Of a stretch of 64,000 nt of DNA, positions 60,741-64,000 are shown piece after piece (position 1 is the first letter of the stretch; the number at the start of each line of letters is the position of its first letter). The notes below the pieces were generated by a model. That model did not search any database and was not told where the DNA came from. It worked only from the letters and a program-made list of their open reading frames with translations. The stretch covers positions 1,280,001-1,344,000 of the forward strand of contig CBDCJV010000002.1 of assembly GCA_965217895.1 (NCBI GenBank), read 5' to 3'. The position numbers and the translations under genes are program-made. Source of the DNA: Waterburya sp. Its GTDB lineage: Bacteria > Cyanobacteriota > Cyanobacteriia > Cyanobacteriales > Xenococcaceae.

Positions 60741-61320
60741 TTCCTGCTTCTATCCCAAAACTATTTAATTGATATTGATTCTATTGTGGATCTTTATAGG
60801 GGCTAGCTTAAAGTAAAGTCACAGATTACTCCGCCTTGCAAAAGCAGTGCTTGCCGTTGACTGCCTTTAACGGTTAAAAAACGCAATACTTAATTGATGT
60901 TTGAGAACAAAATTAGTGTTTTTGTACTGTGTTGTTGCTCATTAGAATGATTTTTAACAGCTTTTCCCTATCAGTCAATAGTCATAATAGTATATCTATC
61001 GCCAGAGCTACACTTTTTCTTCCTGTTTGGCTTTCTATTTTAAGAAGCTCTAGACAAAGAGTGAAGACGAGTATTAGACAAATACTTATTGCAGACTGTA
61101 AACCTTAGCTCATCATAATTGAAACATTATGATAGGATTATTCGGTACTTGGGTTACTCATCCTGCATAAACAAAATTTTAATAATATCAATATCGATTA
61201 TTAATTGCAGCTAATTAGTACTGGTTATCAAAAACAAGCGATACATAGAAAAGAAGAAGAATTTTAAGTCTGTCAGTTTAATTTAAGTTAGGTTAAAACA
61301 ATTTATGGAGGTCAGTTTCA

Positions 61321-62364
61321 TTGTCTAAAAATGTAAGTGTAGCTATTTTGGGAGCGACTGGAGCAGTTGGTCAAGAACTATTAGAATTATTGGCAGAGCG
61401 TAAGTTTCCGCTTAAGGAATTAAAGTTATTAGCCTCACCTCGTTCTGCTGGTAGTAAGATTGTATTTAATAGTCAAGAAATAACTGTAGAAGCAGTTAAC
61501 GAAAAGTCTTTTGAAGGGGTGGATATTGTTCTGGCTTCAGCAGGTGGCTCTACTTCCAAAGCCTGGGCTAAAAAGGCTGTAGAGGCTGGAGCGGTAGTTA
61601 TCGATAACTCTAGTGCCTTTAGGATGGATGATAATGTGCCTTTGGTAGTTCCTGAAATTAACCCCGAAGCAGCAGCAAAACATCAGGGAATCATTGCCAA
61701 CCCCAACTGCACAACTATCTTAATGGGAGTGGCTATTTATCCTCTACATCAGGTGCAGCCAATCAAGCGGATAGTCGTATCTACCTATCAGTCTGCTTCT
61801 GGTGCTGGTGCTAGAGCAATGGAGGAGGCAAAAACTCAAGCGAGAGATATTTTAGATGGCAAACAGCCCCAGGCAGAAGTATTGCCATATCCTATTGCCT
61901 TTAATCTATTTCCTCACAATTCTCCTTTAAACGAGCAGGGATATTGTGAAGAAGAGATGAAAATGGTTAACGAGACGCGGAAGATTTTTGACGCTCCTGA
62001 ATTGAAGATCACTGCTACTTGTGTTCGAGTGCCTATTTTACGCGCTCATTCTGAAGCAGTTAACCTGGAGTTTGCTCAACCCTTTGAGGTAGCCAAGGCA
62101 AAAGAACTAATCACTGCTGCACCAGGGGTTAAGGTTGTTGAAGATTGGCAGAGTAATTACTTCCCTATGCCCATCGATGCAACGGGACAAGATCCTGTAT
62201 TGGTAGGCAGGATTCGCCAAGATATTTCTCAAGATTGTAGTTTGGAACTATGGCTTTGTGGAGATCAGATTCGCAAGGGTGCTGCCCTTAATGCCATTCA
62301 AATAGCAGAGTTACTCTTAGCCAAAAATTTGTTAACAACACCTGATTCAGTAGTGAGCGTCTAG
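61321..62364 (+). CDS. asd: Aspartate-semialdehyde dehydrogenase
   Basis: GATGAVG, IDNSSAFRM, ANPNCTT, STYQSASGAG, ATCVRVP, RKGAALNA; GGAGG RBS before TTG. Confidence 0.97.
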   Translation: MSKNVSVAILGATGAVGQELLELLAERKFPLKELKLLASPRSAGSKIVFNSQEITVEAVNEKSFEGVDIVLASAGGSTSKAWAKKAVEAGAVVIDNSSAFRMDDNVPLVVPEINPEAAAKHQGIIANPNCTTILMGVAIYPLHQVQPIKRIVVSTYQSASGAGARAMEEAKTQARDILDGKQPQAEVLPYPIAFNLFPHNSPLNEQGYCEEEMKMVNETRKIFDAPELKITATCVRVPILRAHSEAVNLEFAQPFEVAKAKELITAAPGVKVVEDWQSNYFPMPIDATGQDPVLVGRIRQDISQDCSLELWLCGDQIRKGAALNAIQIAELLLAKNLLTTPDSVVSV

Positions 62365-62412
62365 CCGTCACTTTTCTTGATTGATAAATTAAATTATTTG
62401 AGTCTAGATTTA

Positions 62413-63303
62413 ATGAGTGGAGAATACTTTGGTAGGGTAATTACGGCAATGGTAACGCCGTTTGCCGAGGATGGTAGCGTTAACTATGAAGTAGCCGAAA
62501 AGCTAGCAAATCATTTGGTAGAAAATGGTAGTGATGGTTTAGTAATCTGTGGTACAACAGGAGAATCCCCCACCTTAAGCTGGTCAGAAGAATATGAGCT
62601 ATTCAAGGTAGTAAAGCAAGCTGTTGGTAGTAGAGCTAAAATAATTGCAGGTACGGGATCTAATTCTACCTCCGAAGCGATCGCCGCTACGCAAAAAGCA
62701 GCTAAACTAGATCTAGATGGTTCACTACAGGTAGTACCGTATTATAATAAGCCACCCCAGTCGGGACAATATCAGCACTTTAGGGCGATCGCCAAAGCTT
62801 GCCCCGATCTGCCGATGATGTTGTACAATGTACCAGGAAGAACTAGCAGCAATCTAGAGCCAGAAACAGTGGCAGATCTAGCGCAAATTGCTAATATAGT
62901 AGCAATTAAAGAAGCTAGCGGTAATTTAGAACAGGCTTGTAAAATTAAATGTTTGACTCCTGCTAATTTTGCTATCTATTCAGGAGAAGACGCTTTGACT
63001 TTGCCAATGATGACTGTCGGAAGTGTAGGCGTAGTCAGCGTCGCTTCTCATTTAGTAGGCAAGCAAATGCAAACAATGATTCGGGCATTTAATCAAGGAG
63101 ATAATCAGCAAGCCACTAAAATTCAGGTCAAGCTTTTTCCTTTATTTCAGGCTTTATTTATGACTACCAACCCAATTCCTGTTAAAGCAGCTTTGAATTT
63201 GCAGGGTTGGAAAGTGGGTAATTTGCGTACACCTTTATGTGAGCTACAATTAGATTTATTAGAAAGTTTAAAAATAGTTTTAAAAGAATTAAATTTAGTT
63301 TAA
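62413..63303 (+). CDS. dapA: 4-hydroxy-tetrahydrodipicolinate synthase
   Basis: AMVTPF, GTTGES, PYYNKP, YNVPGRT, IKEAS; ATG at 62413 preferred over TTG 62377. Confidence 0.97.
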   Translation: MSGEYFGRVITAMVTPFAEDGSVNYEVAEKLANHLVENGSDGLVICGTTGESPTLSWSEEYELFKVVKQAVGSRAKIIAGTGSNSTSEAIAATQKAAKLDLDGSLQVVPYYNKPPQSGQYQHFRAIAKACPDLPMMLYNVPGRTSSNLEPETVADLAQIANIVAIKEASGNLEQACKIKCLTPANFAIYSGEDALTLPMMTVGSVGVVSVASHLVGKQMQTMIRAFNQGDNQQATKIQVKLFPLFQALFMTTNPIPVKAALNLQGWKVGNLRTPLCELQLDLLESLKIVLKELNLV

Positions 63304-63634
63304 TTTCATTATTGCCTAAGCCACCGCTAAAATCAGACCTGCATATAAGCAAACAAGCTACTTTAGATTCTCTATCATCAATAAAAATAAACCACTATTA
63401 ACAAAAATAAGGTTAAACTACCATTTCCATTTATTTGATGGCATCATCAATGCGAATAACCGCTAAAGTAAGCAATCCCAGCAATTACTGATAGTAATTT
63501 CAGGCAACTTACTGTTGCAAACAGTTTTTCAAAACCCTTAGAAAAAGCTTCAAACGACAGATTCTAAGGTATTTTTACAGTTTTTATTGATTAAATAAAA
63601 AAGTCCAAATAACTACCATAAAGCAAAAACATCA

Positions 63635-64000
63635 ATGACCAAAGTAATTAAAAAAGCCAACAAACCAACCGTGAAAATCATTCCTCTAGGAGGATTACAT
63701 GAGATTGGCAAAAACACCTGTGTTTTTGAATATGAAGACGAAATTATCCTGCTAGATGCAGGATTAGGTTTTCCTTCAGACCAGATGCACGGTGTCAATA
63801 TTGTTTTGCCTGATATGACGTACCTGAGAGAGAATTCTCATCGGATCAAAGGCATGATTGTAACTCACGGTCACGAAGATCATATAGGTGGAATTGCTTA
63901 TCACCTAAAGCAATTTGACATTCCCGTAATTTATGGTCCTAGACTAGCGATGTCTTTGTTAAGTGATAAACTTGAAGAGGCTGGAGTGAGCGATCGCACT
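63635..64000 (+). CDS. rnj: Ribonuclease J, 5' part (runs off the window)
   Basis: Manual translation MTKVIKK..IIPLGGLHEIGKN..LDAGLGFP..THGHEDHIGG; follows dapA. Confidence 0.95.
   Translation, partial: MTKVIKKANKPTVKIIPLGGLHEIGKNTCVFEYEDEIILLDAGLGFPSDQMHGVNIVLPDMTYLRENSHRIKGMIVTHGHEDHIGGIAYHLKQFDIPVIYGPRLAMSLLSDKLEEAGVSDRT

Larger units (their letters stand above)
1..64000. repeat. HIP1 octamer GCGATCGC, highly iterated across the window
   Basis: Dozens of GCGATCGC copies in coding and non-coding DNA; hallmark of many cyanobacterial genomes. Confidence 0.95.

Noticed and set aside
60741..61320. Possible lysine riboswitch or sRNA upstream of asd-dapA
   Set aside because: No recognisable L-box consensus or terminator/antiterminator seen by eye; an Rfam scan would be needed
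2168..63798. Short ORFs overlapping or antisense to confident genes (e.g. 2168, 3091, 8323, 8752, 13849, 21489, 34404, 36854, 45659, 51667, 57266, 57806, 59566, 63613)
   Set aside because: Shadow frames of well-supported genes with no motifs; 63613-63798 is antisense to rnj

Overview
Chromosomal window from a cyanobacterium: GCGATCGC (HIP1) is abundant, heptamer tandem repeats are present, and cyanobacteria-type genes include bioU, ycf35 and a TLP40-like cyclophilin. The repeat style suggests a Pleurocapsales-like lineage (inference). Housekeeping genes (rsmH, accD, thiL, tig-clpP-clpX, asd-dapA-rnj) are interleaved with accessory modules. (1) A purine-catabolism cluster (Rieske oxygenase, NCS2 permease, hpxO, uraH) behind a canonical NtcA class II promoter. 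(2) A divergent Ter stress/defence locus: terC, three TerD-family genes and a zinc-ribbon metzincin on one arm; PRTase, TRSP-like, StiP/PELOTA-like and HAD genes on the other. A 17-bp perfect inverted repeat lies between the arms. One gene is split by a 67-bp hairpin insertion and one by a -1 shift at an A8 run. (3) Two stand-alone NRPS-like enzymes whose A domains lack the amino-binding Asp; one sits with a methyltransferase and a divergent QueD-like T-fold protein. (4) An EPS export/modification cluster. (5) A His-rich ferrochelatase paralogue behind a CsoR/RcnR-type operator. Intergenic DNA carries nested small dispersed repeats, including a 21-nt unit with compensatory base-pair changes. 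No rRNA, tRNA or CRISPR array was seen. All calls come from manual motif recognition; no database searches were run.
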